Of a DNA stretch of 64,000 nucleotides, positions 29,623-44,233 are shown piece after piece; the first letter of the stretch is position 1, and each line of letters begins with the position of its first letter. Made by a program: the position numbers and the translations under genes. The notes beneath the pieces are model-generated. The model did not search any database, was not told where the DNA came from, and saw only the letters and a program-made list of their open reading frames with translations. The DNA comes from Octopus sinensis (lineage: Eukaryota): contig NC_043007.1 in assembly GCF_006345805.1 (NCBI RefSeq), positions 45,570,001-45,634,000 on the forward strand. The letters are read 5' to 3'.

Positions 29623-30944
29623 GAATGAGATATGTTGGTCGAAAGAGAAAATTGCCATATCAGTCGTATAGACTGGTGTTATATTTGTCAAATTGTGATT
29701 GAGATCTGTCACACTGGGATCAGGTTACGTTATTTTCAAGATTTTATGCTAATATTTTTTTCTTTTTGATTTGAGCTAATTCTTAACTGTAATATTCTAA
29801 TTTTTAAGCGAATGAATGTTCTTGAGTACCATAGAAAACTAGGTCTTTATCAATCGTTACGCTACCGGTAAGAATATTTGCTATCGTGCTCGTACCTTCT
29901 CCAACGAAGTTGACTAAAATCGGCATTTATGCAATGCTTAGATACTTATTGTCATATTGGATTTCTTTCTAACACAGTCTGCACCTTTTTGAAAATTTTG
30001 TGCAATTTTTTTTTCTTAAAATGATCTGACAACATCTGTCTCATTTGCATTAGTTGAGGGAAATACTTCACCTCTATTCTTGAACCTTTTTGGAAATAGC
30101 ATGCTTGCCACAACATCAAAACTCCACTTCTACTAAAAACTATTTATTCGAAAATGAAAAATATAATGTATTATATTAAATAATGTATAATAATGTATAA
30201 ATGATGCATATATGTAATGTATATAGCATTGCATAATTAATACATAATGTGTAATGATATGTCAATATTCTATAACAATGTTTGATTCATGTATGTATAA
30301 CGTGTAAATAATATAAAATGATATCTTAATATAGCATAATAATGTTAAATAATGCATGAAGACATATTAAATGTATAATCTATAAAAAATGTGTAAACTG
30401 TATAAAAAAATGTATAAACCGTTTGGAATGTGTAAATATTGTGAAATAATGTATAAATAATGTATAACAATGTTTTCCACTGCATGAATAATGTAAAAAA
30501 ACATAAAAATATGTAAATGCTTTACTATCAAACATTTTGTCGGCGTATCGTGCGTTCAAAACAAAGTCAACCAAGTGGAGTCCTTCCTCTTCTGAGGCAA
30601 TTTCGTTACGATTGGTAGTGATATTCTTAAGAAGATTGAACGGATCAACGTGATTATGGGTGAAACTGTATCTCAGAATCAATGTGTTGGTTGAAATTTA
30701 CCAATATACTGTGGCACAAGATATCCATCCTATGAAAATAATTCTTGATACCGATATCTGAGTGAGATGAGGTCTCACCAAATTTGCTACAGGTTGTTAA
30801 TAGGGCCAGAATTTAATTAATTGCAGTATTTTTTATTTTTCATCAGAGATTCGGAAACTGGTTAGAGGAAGATAGTGGATGGGCAAGTTAACCTCAGAAC
30901 AAAATCCTGATTCGAATGCTCACTACAGAATAAGCATCGCCAAG

Positions 30945-31670
30945 GATCTTTAAGGACCTGTCGGGGGGATGTGTAAAACCAGACGATATTTCATTATCAT
31001 CAGTCGATATTTCATACCATCAGCATCTGGGGTAAGTGATGTTAAACCAGTCGACGGTTCCACTCTTTCACCACTAGGACATTTAAAAGCCTGACATCTA
31101 AGGCGTAGGAGCTGTTAAAATGGCCGGCAATTCGATTTCACTGGCCTTCTATCGAAGGAGTAAACGCTGTTATACGGATCGAAACTTTATATTTTCCACC
31201 CTTAAAAACATTTAACGATCAATCATCGAAGAGGTAGGGGCTGTTAAACCGGTTGGTAGTTAAGCCTGACATCTAAGGCGTAGGAGCTGTTAAAATGGCC
31301 GGCAATTCGATTTCACTGGCCTTCTATCGAAGGAGTAAACGCTGTTATACGGATCGAAACTTTATATTTTCCACCCTTAAAAACATTTAACGATCAATCA
31401 TCGAAGAGGTAGGGGCTGTTAAACCGGTTGGTAGTTAATATCTTCCAGTCCTAAAAAATTAAGTGTCAGGCATATAAGGGACAGTGGTCGTTGAACCGAC
31501 AAATAGTTCACATCTCCCACACCTAAAAGCATTTAAGAGGTATCTAAGGGCCAAGTAAGGAGGGTAGATTAAGCTGGCCGATTGTTCATATGATATAAGT
31601 ATATCTAAGGGCTAACTGTTAAGGTGTTAAACTGCCTGATTGTTTTTATCTTCTATACCTAAAGAGGATC
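30945..31670. repeat. Degenerate ~70-bp tandem array with an exact 175-bp internal duplication
   Basis: Recurring catctaaggNgtag..gctgttaaacc..; 31087-31261 is repeated at 31262-31436. Confidence 0.8.
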
Positions 31671-32175
31671 TGCACTTCTGGTTTGTTTTCACCCAGATTT
31701 CGTCTCCAGGCTTTCGTCAACTTAAGGTTAGAGCAGAAAGTATTTACCGAGTCTATTATATTGTCCCCAGAGGGTGAAATGCTAGGCGGGTTTCGATGTG
31801 ATTACATCTCTCTTTTAACATCAATGGAGATCAATATGTCTGATAACCAGTGTGTTCACTTTCAGACATCATGGTTCTTAGTTCGAATTACAACAACTGA
31901 CCGTTTTTCTGATCATTCTTTAATCACCAAGTAACAAAACTTCCTTTTTTTCAACATTTGGTCTAGTGTGTAATTGAGAGAAGGAGAAAAAGAGTAACAG
32001 AGTGAGAGGGGAGCAAGAGAGACCAGATGAGGGGGAGTGCGCTGTGTCATACATACACACGCACACACACATATATATACACACACACACAAACAAACAA
32101 AATGTATCAATACATATATATAAACATATGCGTGTGTATATATGTATGCATGTGTGTGTATGTATATAAATAGTT

Positions 32176-32212
<37 letters not shown>

Positions 32213-32345
32213 TCAGAAAGAGAGAGAGAGACAGAGAGAGAGAGAAAAGGAAAAGTAATTATAAGAGACATCTAGAAAGACCTGTTAAAATGTGGAGAGA
32301 ACAATGCTAAACTAACGGTAACAACCACCACCACCACCACCACCT

Positions 32346-32379
<34 letters not shown>

Positions 32380-32907
32380 CGCAAGTAGTAGTAGTAGCAG
32401 TGACCATACGGTGGTGTAGTGGCGGTGCCCGTCTGGAAGTGAAGTGCGGTGTTCTGTCATTTGTTTATTTAGCCCCGGGCTCAAGGTTATCAATAATGGT
32501 ATCAAGCCGTAATCGAAGGCGCCCCAGTCGTAAGCATTCCGCCTGTTTTTCAAAAAGGAGTGTTCAAACATTTGAAAGACAAACTTGTAATTTGAATACG
32601 ACTTTGGCTGCTCTTTCTAACAGACAGACCGAAGACGTAGAAAACTCATTGAGCTGGTCGCTGTTGCTGTTGTTTCACTCTGGATCAATCTTATAAAAAG
32701 TGCATCTGTTGCTGTTATTTAACTCTAGGTCAGACCTGATCCAGCAGATCTGTGGTGAAAAATATATCAGCCATGTGTTATAGTTGTCGTCGTTGCTGCT
32801 GTTTAGCCCAAGGACAATCTTGATGGAACTGGTCTACGATAATGGATATACCAGTCATGTGTGTCGGTGACACACATGACTGGTTTTGCTGTTGCTGCTG
32901 TTGTTGC

Positions 32908-33845
32908 TTAGCCCTAGGCGAGACCTGGTCCCAGCAGGTCTATAATATAAGATATACCAGTCATATGCAATCGTTGTTGTTTAGCCCTAGGCGAGACCTG
33001 GTCCCAGCAGGTCTATAATATAAGATATACCAGTCATATGCAGTCGTTGTTGTTTAGCCCTAGGCGAGACCTGGTCCCAGCAGGTCTATAATATAAGATA
33101 TACCAGTCATATGCAATCGTTGTTGTTTAGCCCTAGGCGAGACCTGGTCCCAGCAGGTCTATAATATAAGATATACCAGTCATATGCAATCGTTGTTGTT
33201 TAGCCCTAGGCGAGAGCTGGTCCCAGCAGGTCTATAATATAAGATATACCAGTCATATGCAGTCGTTGTTGTTTAGCCCTAGGCGAGACCTGGTCCCAGC
33301 AGGTCTATAATATAAGATAATATACCAGTCATATGAAATCGTTATTGTTTAGCCCTAGGCGAGACCTGGTCCCAGCAGGTCTATAATATAAGATAATATA
33401 CCAGTCATATGCAATCGTTGTTGTTTAGCCCTTGGCGAGACCTGGTCCCAGCAGGTCTATAATATAAGATATACCAGTCATATGCAATCGTTGTTGTTTA
33501 GCCCTAGGTGAGACCTGGTCCCAGCAGGTCTATAATATGATATACCAGTCATATGCAATCGTTGTTTAGCCCTTGGCGAGACCTGGTCCCAGCAGGCCTA
33601 TAATATAAGATATACCAGTCATATGCAATCGTTGTTTAGCCCTTGGCGAGACCCGGTCCCAGCAGGCCTATAATATAAGATATACCAGTCATATGCAATC
33701 GTTGTTTAACCCTTGGCGAGACCCGGTCCCAGCAGGCCTATAATATAAGATATACCAGTCATATGCAATCGTTGTTTAACCCTTGGCGAGACCCGGTCCC
33801 AGCAGGCCTATAATATAAGATATACCAGTCATATGCAATCGTTGT
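32908..33845 (+). repeat. Minisatellite, about 13 copies of a 68-76-bp unit
   Basis: Unit ttagccctaggcgagacctggtcccagcaggtctataatataagatataccagtcatatgcaatcgttgttgt; internal hairpin AGACCTG/CAGGTCT. Confidence 0.98.
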
Positions 33846-34130
33846 TATCATCATCATCATCGCAATTTCACCCGAGTCAGTCCTGATCATGTAGACTCGT
33901 AATAAAAGTTCGACCAGTAATGCGTTAACTGTTATTTATTATAGTGTTATTGTTGCAGTTGTTGATGTGGTAGTTATTGTTGCTGTGGTTATTGTTGTAG
34001 TATGAGATACTGCTGCGGCTGCCACTACTACTAGTGCGGCTGGTATTCTTATTGTGATAATTGCTGTGGTAAGTTTTGTTGTTATTCCAATAGTATGAAC
34101 AGCAGCAGCAGCAGCAGTAGTAGTAGCAAC

Positions 34131-34196
<66 letters not shown>

Positions 34197-34419
34197 TATT
34201 GTTGTTAACTAATGGTGCCGCCGTTGCTGTTTTAAAGTTATTGGTGTTGTCGTTGTTGTAGAAGTTATTGATGTTAATGTCACAGCTGTCGTTGTTGTTT
34301 GTTTAGCCCTAGGTAAGACCTGACCACATGCGACTTTACACACACAAAAAATAAAAGAAAAGAAAATACACTAGCCGTGTGTTGTCGCTGTTTTTGCCGC
34401 TGCTTCAGACAGCGACGAA

Positions 34420-34456
<37 letters not shown>

Positions 34457-34472
34457 CTAATGATGATGATGG

Positions 34473-34526
<54 letters not shown>

Positions 34527-34996
34527 CGATGATGACGATGACGACGACGATGCTAATGATGATGACGATGCATCTTTTTAACCCTCGGACATGAACACAG
34601 AACTAACCATGTGTTCGTGACGATGATAACATCACAGAGATTGTTGTTGTGATAGTTGTGGCTGCTATTTAGCCCCGAGTAATGATTAAAGCAAGACGTG
34701 TTTAAATGTTGCTGTTGTTGTTGTTGTTGTTGTTGTTGTTGTGTTGTTGTTGTTTCAACGGTTAATTTTAAGAGTGAAAAAAGGAAAGAAAATAAAAGGG
34801 ATACTTTTACAGACTTACCTTTAACGACGTAGGTGCGGCATCCTTGTCTCACTCACTCTGAAGAAGGTATGTCCGTACCAATGCGAAAATAAAATGTTTA
34901 TTGAAGAAACATCGCCCTTGTTATCAACACCATCACCATCAACATCACGTCACTATCGTCATTATATTACTAGTATCATTATCGTTATCATTGTTA

Positions 34997-35039
<43 letters not shown>

Positions 35040-35306
35040 AACTATTACCGCTACTACTGCTAGTTGTTATTACTATAACTACCGTTATTAATGAAGAGGT
35101 GTGAAGAGACAGACCCAGTATAAAGATGAGAAGATGAAAGTGAGAGAAAGAGAAAGAGAGAGAGAGAGAGAGGGGGAGAGGGAGATAGAGAAGGAAGGAG
35201 AGAGGAGAGAGACGCAAAGAAGGAAAAGCTACAACAGCGGTTGAAAGAATTGTCCCATTAATGATGATAGTAGAAAAAGTTGCCTGCTTCTTGGCATGTG
35301 GTGCCT

Positions 35307-35364
<58 letters not shown>

Positions 35365-35373
35365 GTAGTAGTG

Positions 35374-35417
<44 letters not shown>

Positions 35418-36309
35418 GGTGGTGGTGGTTTTAGTAGTAATAGTAGCAGTAGTGGTAGTAGTAGTTGTAATAATAGTAGTAGTAGTAGTAGTTGAGGTGG
35501 TAGTGGTGAGAGGTCAACGATGTCAACAACGACGTTGTCTTCGTAGTTTTAGCAGTAGTGATGGTAGTAATTTTAACTTTTGTTTTATTTCAGCCACAGC
35601 TCAGCTCTCCATTATCTACGTTCAAATGCAATCCAACTATGACCATCTAGTCTTAAACATATATCTAACGCTATGTTTAGCCTTCGTGTCCCCTGCCTTG
35701 TCAAGGCTAGCAGGACTGTGTGTATGTGTGTGTGTATGCGTATGTGTGTGTGTATGCGCGCGTGTGATGGTGGTTGGGGAGAGCAGATTTGACTGCTATT
35801 TTCAGCCCGTTCAGTGACCACGTCAAGGCATCCTGGGCAGATGTGTAAGATTGATAATTTTGTTTTTGTTGTGGTTGTTGTAATTGATGTGTGTGGGGGA
35901 AGGTGATATGCGGGGTCGGTAAGGCTTACAATGTTATTGTTGTTGTGGTTGTTGTTGTTGTGGTAGTGGTGGAGGCGCTGGTAGTTATGCCATAGAGTTG
36001 CTTTGGCGGTGGTGAAGATTGTCGAGACGATAGTGCGGAGATGGTAGTGGAGGTGCCGGTGAAGATAATCTTCTTATAGTCACTGTGGAATCGGTATTGC
36101 CGGTGGTGGTGATGGTGGTGCTGGTGAATGAAATGATGGTAGTAGTGACGGTGAGGAAAATGTGTTTGTGTTGTTGTTGTTGTTGTTGTTGTTGTTGCTG
36201 TTGTTGGTGTGTTGGTGGTGGCGAAGTGACTCTTGGAGGCGGTAGAAGCGGTGTTATTACTGCTACCGGTGCTGCTGCTGTTGCACACACAAGTTATTTT
36301 TATTGTTGC

Positions 36310-36860
36310 TTCTTGACTTTTAGCTTCTTCTTCTTCTTGTCCTTCTTCTTCTTCTTCTTCTTCTTCTTTTCCTTCTTCTTCTTTTTCTTCTTGTCCTTCT
36401 TCTTCTTCTTCTTCTTCTTCTTTTCCTTCTTCTTCTTTTCCTTCTTATTCTTCTTGTCCTTCTTCTTCTTCTTCTTCTCTTCTTCTTTTCCTTCTTCTTC
36501 TTCTTCTTCTTTTCCTTCTTCTTCTTCTTCTTCTTCTTCTTTTCCTTCTTATTCTTCTCTACTTTTGCTTTTCTTTACTTTTCACTTGTTTTTTCTTCTA
36601 CTGTAATTTTTACTTCTCCACCTCCACATCTTTTTACCTATTTCCTCCTTCCCTTTCTCCTTCTCCTTCTCCTTCTTCTTCTTCTTCTTCTTCTTCTCTC
36701 TTCATCTCCTCCTCCTCCTCTTCTTCTTCTTCTTCTTCTTCTTCTTCTTCCTTCCTCCTCCGCTTCTTCTCCATGCTCCTCCTTCTTTTCTTCTTCTTCT
36801 TCTTCTTCTTCTTCTTCTTCTTCTTCTTTTTCCTCTTCCTACCTCTCCTCTCCTTCCTGC
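36310..36860. repeat. Long (CTT)n-based polypyrimidine tract
   Basis: Directly visible. Confidence 0.95.
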
Positions 36861-37025
36861 TACTACAACTACTGTCTCCTCCTCTCTTGTCAGTTTCCCA
36901 ACAAACATCACAGTTACATCATCATGCCAACTGATAACCACACCAACACACACACACACACACACTCACACACACAGACACACACAGACACACATACACA
37001 CGCGCACACAAACACGCACGCGCAA

Positions 37026-37061
<36 letters not shown>

Positions 37062-37453
37062 TTACGCATACATATCTTTATAAACAACAGCTCACACACA
37101 TACCGGCATGCACACAGACATACGCACGCACTTCTTTATACACGGTGACGCACATAGTCCGACGCGTGCACGCACACACACACAAGCAAGCACTGAGTCG
37201 GCATTACCGCACATCAACACACAAACTCACTGTTACACACGTACATGCACACGCACACACGCGCACACACAATAACAAATAAAACAAAATAAGAAATCAG
37301 AAAAACTACTAAAAAAACAGGAAATGGTTGAAATCACGTTTCAATCGTAGGAATTAGTGATACACACACACACACACGCACAAACACACACACGCACACA
37401 CACACTCAAACACTCACATATGTATCTCTCTCTCTCTATCTATATATATACAA

Positions 37454-37527
<74 letters not shown>

Positions 37528-37537
37528 CACACACCAA

Positions 37538-37601
<64 letters not shown>

Positions 37602-37861
37602 GTTGTTGGTGTTGATAATGATGTTGCTGCTGTTCCTGATAGTGATGATTGGGGTGGGGGTGGTAGCGTCAGCGGTTGTGTTGGTAGTGGTGGCAGTGGT
37701 GCTGCTGCCTCCTGGGAGGCAAGTTGACAACGACGACGACAATGATGCTAACGATGATGATGATGATGACGACGATGATGATGGCAAGTTTTTGCGATAG
37801 CAAATGATAACGGTAGAGGTTGCGCGTGTTTGTAGTCAAGAAGTGCACAGTTATATTATTA

Positions 37862-37939
<78 letters not shown>

Positions 37940-38561
37940 CCATCGGCGGCATCAGCAACATCGTTATTGTCAGTCGTATCGTAATCATCGTCGTTGTCGT
38001 CGTCGCCATCATCACCTTCATCATCATCATCACCGTCAGCATCATCATCATCAACACCGCTACCACCACCAACATCTCCACCATCACAACCACTACCACC
38101 ACCACAACCACCACCACCACCATCTTCATCGTCGTCGTCGTCGTCGTCATCATCATCATCATCATCATCACGATTATCATCATCAGTACTATTTTTATAT
38201 AGTATCTATATCCTCACCTGAAATTTAGGTATTTGTTTGACACATAGAAGATGGTGACGAGTAAACTTGGATTTTGAATATACCAGTAGAAGGATTGCGG
38301 GGGAGTGGATTAGTACCTTAGAGTGGAGCTGATACCCTGACCCTAGATGGTAGGAGTCTTCTCCCTTGAAGAAGAAAGATGCCGCTTTTATAATATGATG
38401 AGTTTTCTCTTCAGTATTTATGTTATTTATTTGTGTCTGAGTTTTGGGTGCATATGTGTAGGTATATATTTATTTATACATACATGCGCAAATATATATG
38501 CATGTTCGTATGTACTATATCTGCATGTATATATGTAAGTGAATATATATGTATGTGTATG

Positions 38562-38628
<67 letters not shown>

Positions 38629-39018
38629 AAGCATGTATGTGTGTAACGATGGAAGGATGAGTGGATGGATGGACGGACGGATGAATGGATGGCTGGATAG
38701 ACCTTCGGCCTGGATATCTCGCAGTATTAGTAGCGGGTCTTTTTGTTCTGAGATCAAATCTCACAAATTTTAAGTTACAGCACAAAGAGCGACAGAAACT
38801 ACCTCAACAAGCATAACTTTCCTTCTTTTGGCGTGGATAAAATAAAATGCCAGACAAGTACTGCAGCCGATGTAGCTAACTAACTCCTCCATTCAAATGG
38901 TAGGCCTAGTGTGTCTAGATAAAACATTATAGTTACACAGACACACACAGACACACACAGACACACACACACACACACACACACACACCACACACACACA
39001 CACACAAACACAGACACA

Positions 39019-39056
<38 letters not shown>

Positions 39057-39146
39057 TACACACACACAATCATATTGAAATGAATATGCACACATGTTTG
39101 TAAATAAAATCAAATAAATATAGTGTCCTAACATAAGGTATAATGA

Positions 39147-39525
39147 AGGCTGCGAGCTGGCAGGATCATTAGAACACCAGGCGAAATGGTTAGCGGTATT
39201 TCTCCGTTGTCACGTCCGGGGTCAAATTCTGCCATGGTCGACTTTGCCTTTCATCCTTCTGGAGGTCGATAAAATAAGTACTAGTTGAGTAGTGAGGGTT
39301 GCTGAAATGGACTTAAACCTCTTCCTCGAGTGTTGAGCGGACTGAATAGTTAGCATGCTTTGCGGTATTTCGTTCGTTTCACGTTCTTGGTTCAAACTCC
39401 ACTGAGGTCGACTTTGACTTCAACCTTCGGAGTCGATAAAATAAGTACCAGACGAGTACTGGGGCCGCTGTAATCGACGTAAATCTTCCTCCGAAATTGC
39501 TGGCCTGGTACCACAATTTGAAATC
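39147..39525 (+). mobile_element. SINE family B, two tandem copies
   Basis: ggtcgactttg...ggtcgataaaataagtac occurs twice. Confidence 0.85.
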
Positions 39526-41622
39526 AGTATACGATATAATGTTTCACCGCTTTATTTTTGGTTATATATAAATTTTAATCTCTATCCGCAGGCTGTTTTT
39601 TAAACACTATTTGTAAACCTGAACAGGCCCTGGTGGTTAAACAGATATGTGATTATTCCCAATCAAATTGATTATTAAAAGGCGGGTTAAGGGAAACGAA
39701 CATGACCCGAATGAAGGTGCTTAATCTAAAAATGTTATCAGAGGGGAGTCAAAGTTGAGACAGGCCACGAGCCCTTCGTGTTTAGGGTAAGAGAGGATCT
39801 ATTGGGCGTCTTGGAAGACGGCTACAGAAATCAGACCCCGTCATCGGTTGGAAGCGTTTTCTTTGATGACAACATATTTCCCTATCTTTGTTGTTTTCCT
39901 TTTATAGTTTCATTTTAACTCATTCCCAACTGTGTTATACCACGTGTTTTTACGGGCCTTATTTCTTTGGGTCTTACTTGCATCTGGGGTTCGTACAAGG
40001 TTAATGGGGTAGCAGAATCACTGAAAGCTCGTATAAAATGGCGGTATTTTTGTGGCTCTTTGCTTTCCGAATTCAAATCCCGGCAAGGTTAGCATAACTT
40101 TTTGCACCTCCAGGAATCGATAATAGAAGCAAGAACTGGGGTCGCTTTTATCGAGTCAGATCTCCCAAATTTTGGGGTAGGGCCAGCAATTTTGGGAATG
40201 AGGATAAGTTGGTTACATCAGGTTCTTATTTCATCGACCCAAAATGTCGAGCGCAGCAGCATTTGAACTCAGAACGTAAAATCAAAACTATTTTCGTTGG
40301 CACGGTGACGATTCTCCCAGCTCGCCGCCTTGATTTCTGCCTACCTTAGAATTAATACAAATTATCATTTATGTTGGAGGGTGGTGGAAGTAGTAGTAGT
40401 AGTAGTAGCTTTTAAGTCTTACCTTTTCCAGAAGCCTAACCACCATAACAACTTTAATTATTTTAGTTTTGTTAGGAACGAAGAGACATGATGAATAAAA
40501 TTCCCCTTCCTCGACCCCAATAAGTCACTGGTATTCACTACAGCGATCCCAAGAAAAAAAAAATTGGGGGAGAAAGGAATAGTTCGCCTTACTGGGATTT
40601 GAACGCGCAGCGTAAAAGCGCTTTGCTTGATGCAGGAAGAAAAGTTGTGAAGTTCTTCACAGTAGTAAAATTGTGATGTACAATATCGTCGTCGTCATCG
40701 TCGCCATCATCATCATTATCATCCTTGTCGTTGGAGTCGTTTTTGTCGTCAACCACAACTAACACTACCACCACCACCACCACCACTACCACCACCACCA
40801 CTACCAACACTACCACCACCTCCATCCCTCAATCATCACTATCGTCGTTATCATCATCATCATTATGATCATCATAGCGACGACAACGACGACGACGACC
40901 ACCACCACTACCACCACCATCGCCACACAATTTTCATCCGCGCGATCATCGTTGTCGTCGACGTGAATATCAACATAACAACGACAACGACGTAGACGAA
41001 TACGACGACGACGACGACCACCGCCACCACCACAGTCATCAACGCAATCATCATCACCACAATCATCATCATCACAATCATCATCATCATCTTCATCATC
41101 ATCATCATCATCGTCATCATCATCATTCATCATTCATTACCTTTAGCAGCAGCGGTAGAAGTGACAGACGCGACTGCTGTGGCTGCTGCCGCTGCTGCTG
41201 CTGCTCTTGAAGACGGTGTGACTACTGCTCAGCTGTAGCAACCGTGACTGTAACAATAATATAGACAGCACCACAAACGGCAGCACTTGCAGCAGCAAGC
41301 TCATAATGATGATGATGATGATGATGATGATGATGGGATGGTACTAGCAATAGTGGATGTGTTACTATAGTTTCAGTAGATAGTAGAAGGCGGTGATGTT
41401 CTCTCTGGTTACCGTAGTAAAAACAGCAGCACCATCAGCACCAGGAGCAGTAGCAACAGTAGCGGCGGGAGTAGTGGTAGTAGTAGCAATGGCTGAGGTA
41501 GTTGTTCTGCCGTGTGAGAGAAGAGAGGAAGAAAGTTCCAGCGCATTTTTTGCGTATACAACTTGGTATTGCTGTTTAGAATTCCGTGTGCGTCTCTTTG
41601 TAGGTGTAGATGTGCGCACGAG

Positions 41623-41704
<82 letters not shown>

Positions 41705-41762
41705 CCAGCGGAGATGGAAAGATAGTTACCTAAATAGATGGGCGTATGTGTGTGCGTGTATA

Positions 41763-41840
<78 letters not shown>

Positions 41841-42051
41841 TGTATAGCAAACGCAATAGTTACTCAAGGGCTGAAAGTTTCGTGTATTAACAATTATCAA
41901 ACTATATATGTATGTGTGTATGTGTATATGTGTGTATATATACATATATATTTATGTATGTATGTGTGTGTGTGTGCTGCGCGCATGCATGAAAAAGAGT
42001 AAAGAGGACCATACATGCATCTTTTTCTGTCTGTCTGCCTTTATCTCTTCC

Positions 42052-42126
<75 letters not shown>

Positions 42127-42994
42127 GCTGCAGAAAATGGAATAGACCTGACAAGAAGAGACAGGGGAACAGAAAATCGTTGAAGATACCAAAGAATGTC
42201 TGACGAAAGATCTTTTACAAATTTACTGATAATGATAATAAATTAAACAGAAGACGAAATATATATTTCATATGGAATCTCTTCTCTTTGGCTGACACTT
42301 CTCAATTTCTTCAAATTTGTTCCAATTGATTTCATTTTTGGTGTTTTGATATAGTTTTTATGGTAATCACTGACATGAAATTCATTTTTTGCCATAAATC
42401 AGTAAATAAAGTGTTAACAACTTTTAAAGTTTGCAAATTTTGGTTAATTTGAGCCAATCGAAAGCCACAGACATATAAGTGGCTTTTTCCATACTAACAA
42501 GCTGCTTACCCACGTGGTTACTTTTTAACTTATTAAATATTTAAAACACATGAAGTATGAAGTGTTCGTGAGATATGATGAAAATAACAGCTAAATAGGT
42601 CTTAAATCATTCACCAATTTTGTTTTGTGAAGGGGTTGCAAAATTGTGTGGATTTCCGTGCGTAGAATACAAATTCGCAAAAATTTTCTGAAAACTCCAA
42701 AAAATAAAATAAAAGGTATGAGTGGTTAAATTGCATGCGTGAAGCAGAATTCCGTCAATATTTCACTTGTTTACAGTTGACAAGACGTGCAATCACGCAC
42801 AAAATGACAACATCCAAATCCTGTTTTCTGACAAAATTTAAACCTCTGTAATTTTACAAAAAAATCTTTTAGAAAAAGTGAAATCCATCATGGAGAATTT
42901 CATCATCACACCAAATTTAAAAAATAAAAAATTTCCACAGGTGCAGCCAAACAGAAAAAATCCTTCATGACCCATCTCCAAACATAAATATAAA

Positions 42995-43390
42995 TATTGG
43001 GTTGTCCGGAAAGAAAAAGGTCAATAAATATTTGCCATTACATTTTAAATCAACCAAATATGAATCATTTTGTTGCACAATGCGCCTCCATCTTTCCTTT
43101 AACTTGAAAATACCCCCTTCCCAGAACTGAGGTGGGTTCATGGCAAAGAATTCATCAAGGTATCATTTCACGTCATCCAAGCAATTGAAATTTTTACCAT
43201 TAAGACTATTCTGCAGAGACCTGAATAAATGGAAATTCGAAGGAACTATATCTAGTGAATATGGAGGGTGGGGTAACACATCCCTGCCGAGCTGCAGCAA
43301 CTTTTGTCTGGTTCCCAAAGCATCACGTGCCGAAAATGAACTTTCTTATCTTCCATTTTAAAGGGTCACAAAATTAACACAGGTTAATGA
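42995..43390 (-). mobile_element. Internally deleted mariner
   Basis: Minus strand MEDKKVHFRH joined to LLQLGRDVLPHPPYSLDIVPSNFHLFRSLQNSLNGKNF...ERWRRIVQQN; TIR-like ttgggttgtccggaaa next to TA. Confidence 0.9.
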
Positions 43391-43708
43391 AGGCATATAA
43401 AGTGGATGAAAGCATGTATACTATTGCTTCGAAAACACGTGTTAAAAATGATTTTTGGCATGAAGAATAATGTTGTTGTCCAAAGTATTAATAGATATGA
43501 AGATTTTGGTAAAATCTAGTGCTTCGTTACTCAATAGTAAAATATGAATGATATCGAAGTGTTTGAAACTACGCCTTCTGCAATTCTTAAATATCTTTTG
43601 CTTTAACAACAGCCCTACGATGTCCGACGATTGATGATATACAATTCAACTCGGAGTAGCAACACCTTGTTTAGTATTTGAGCTTCAATAAAGTTATATA
43701 CATACATG

Positions 43709-43773
<65 letters not shown>

Positions 43774-43782
43774 ATACATACA

Positions 43783-44124
43783 CGAGCAAAAGGCCCCCGC
43801 CCTCCGTCCAATGGACGGTGCAGAGTTGTCAAACATTTAAACCAAATTTTCTCAAAACAACTTATCCGACTGCCCCCATAGGCCTCCCCTTTGAGAAACA
43901 TTGATTTAACTTAAATTTGAGACACCAACAAAAGAAGATAGCCTTTTTTTCTATTCCAAACGGCTTTATCGATCGCATTCTCACCTGGAATCGATTTTTG
44001 TAATTTCTTCAAGACTTATACACGTCCTAATACCGTCGGTATCTACATATCAAATTTGAGCGCAATCGGATGGAGGATGTCCGAGATCCTAGTAGTCACA
44101 CACACGGACAGACAGAACGGATTT

Positions 44125-44130
<6 letters not shown>
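43783..44130 (-). mobile_element. Non-autonomous Helitron-like element
   Basis: Minus-strand 5' tatataaaatccgttctgtctgtccgtg; subterminal hairpin ccgtccattggacgg; CTCG|T end in place of CTAG|T. Confidence 0.7.
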
Positions 44131-44162
<32 letters not shown>

Positions 44163-44198
44163 TTATACATATATATACATACACAAATGCACAGTCAC

Positions 44199-44233
<35 letters not shown>

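Noticed and set aside
31700-31930. Possible RTE endonuclease remnant on the minus strand
   Set aside because: Similarity too weak to call by eye.
32908-33845. CRISPR-like array of hairpin repeats
   Set aside because: No unique spacers, no cas genes, eukaryotic context; plain tandem repeat.
34853-34895. CTGAAGA-A-GGTA..TACC as a hammerhead
   Set aside because: GAAA is displaced and stems I and III are missing.
42630-42975. Possible MITE
   Set aside because: Looks repeat-like, but paired TIRs and TSD could not be established.
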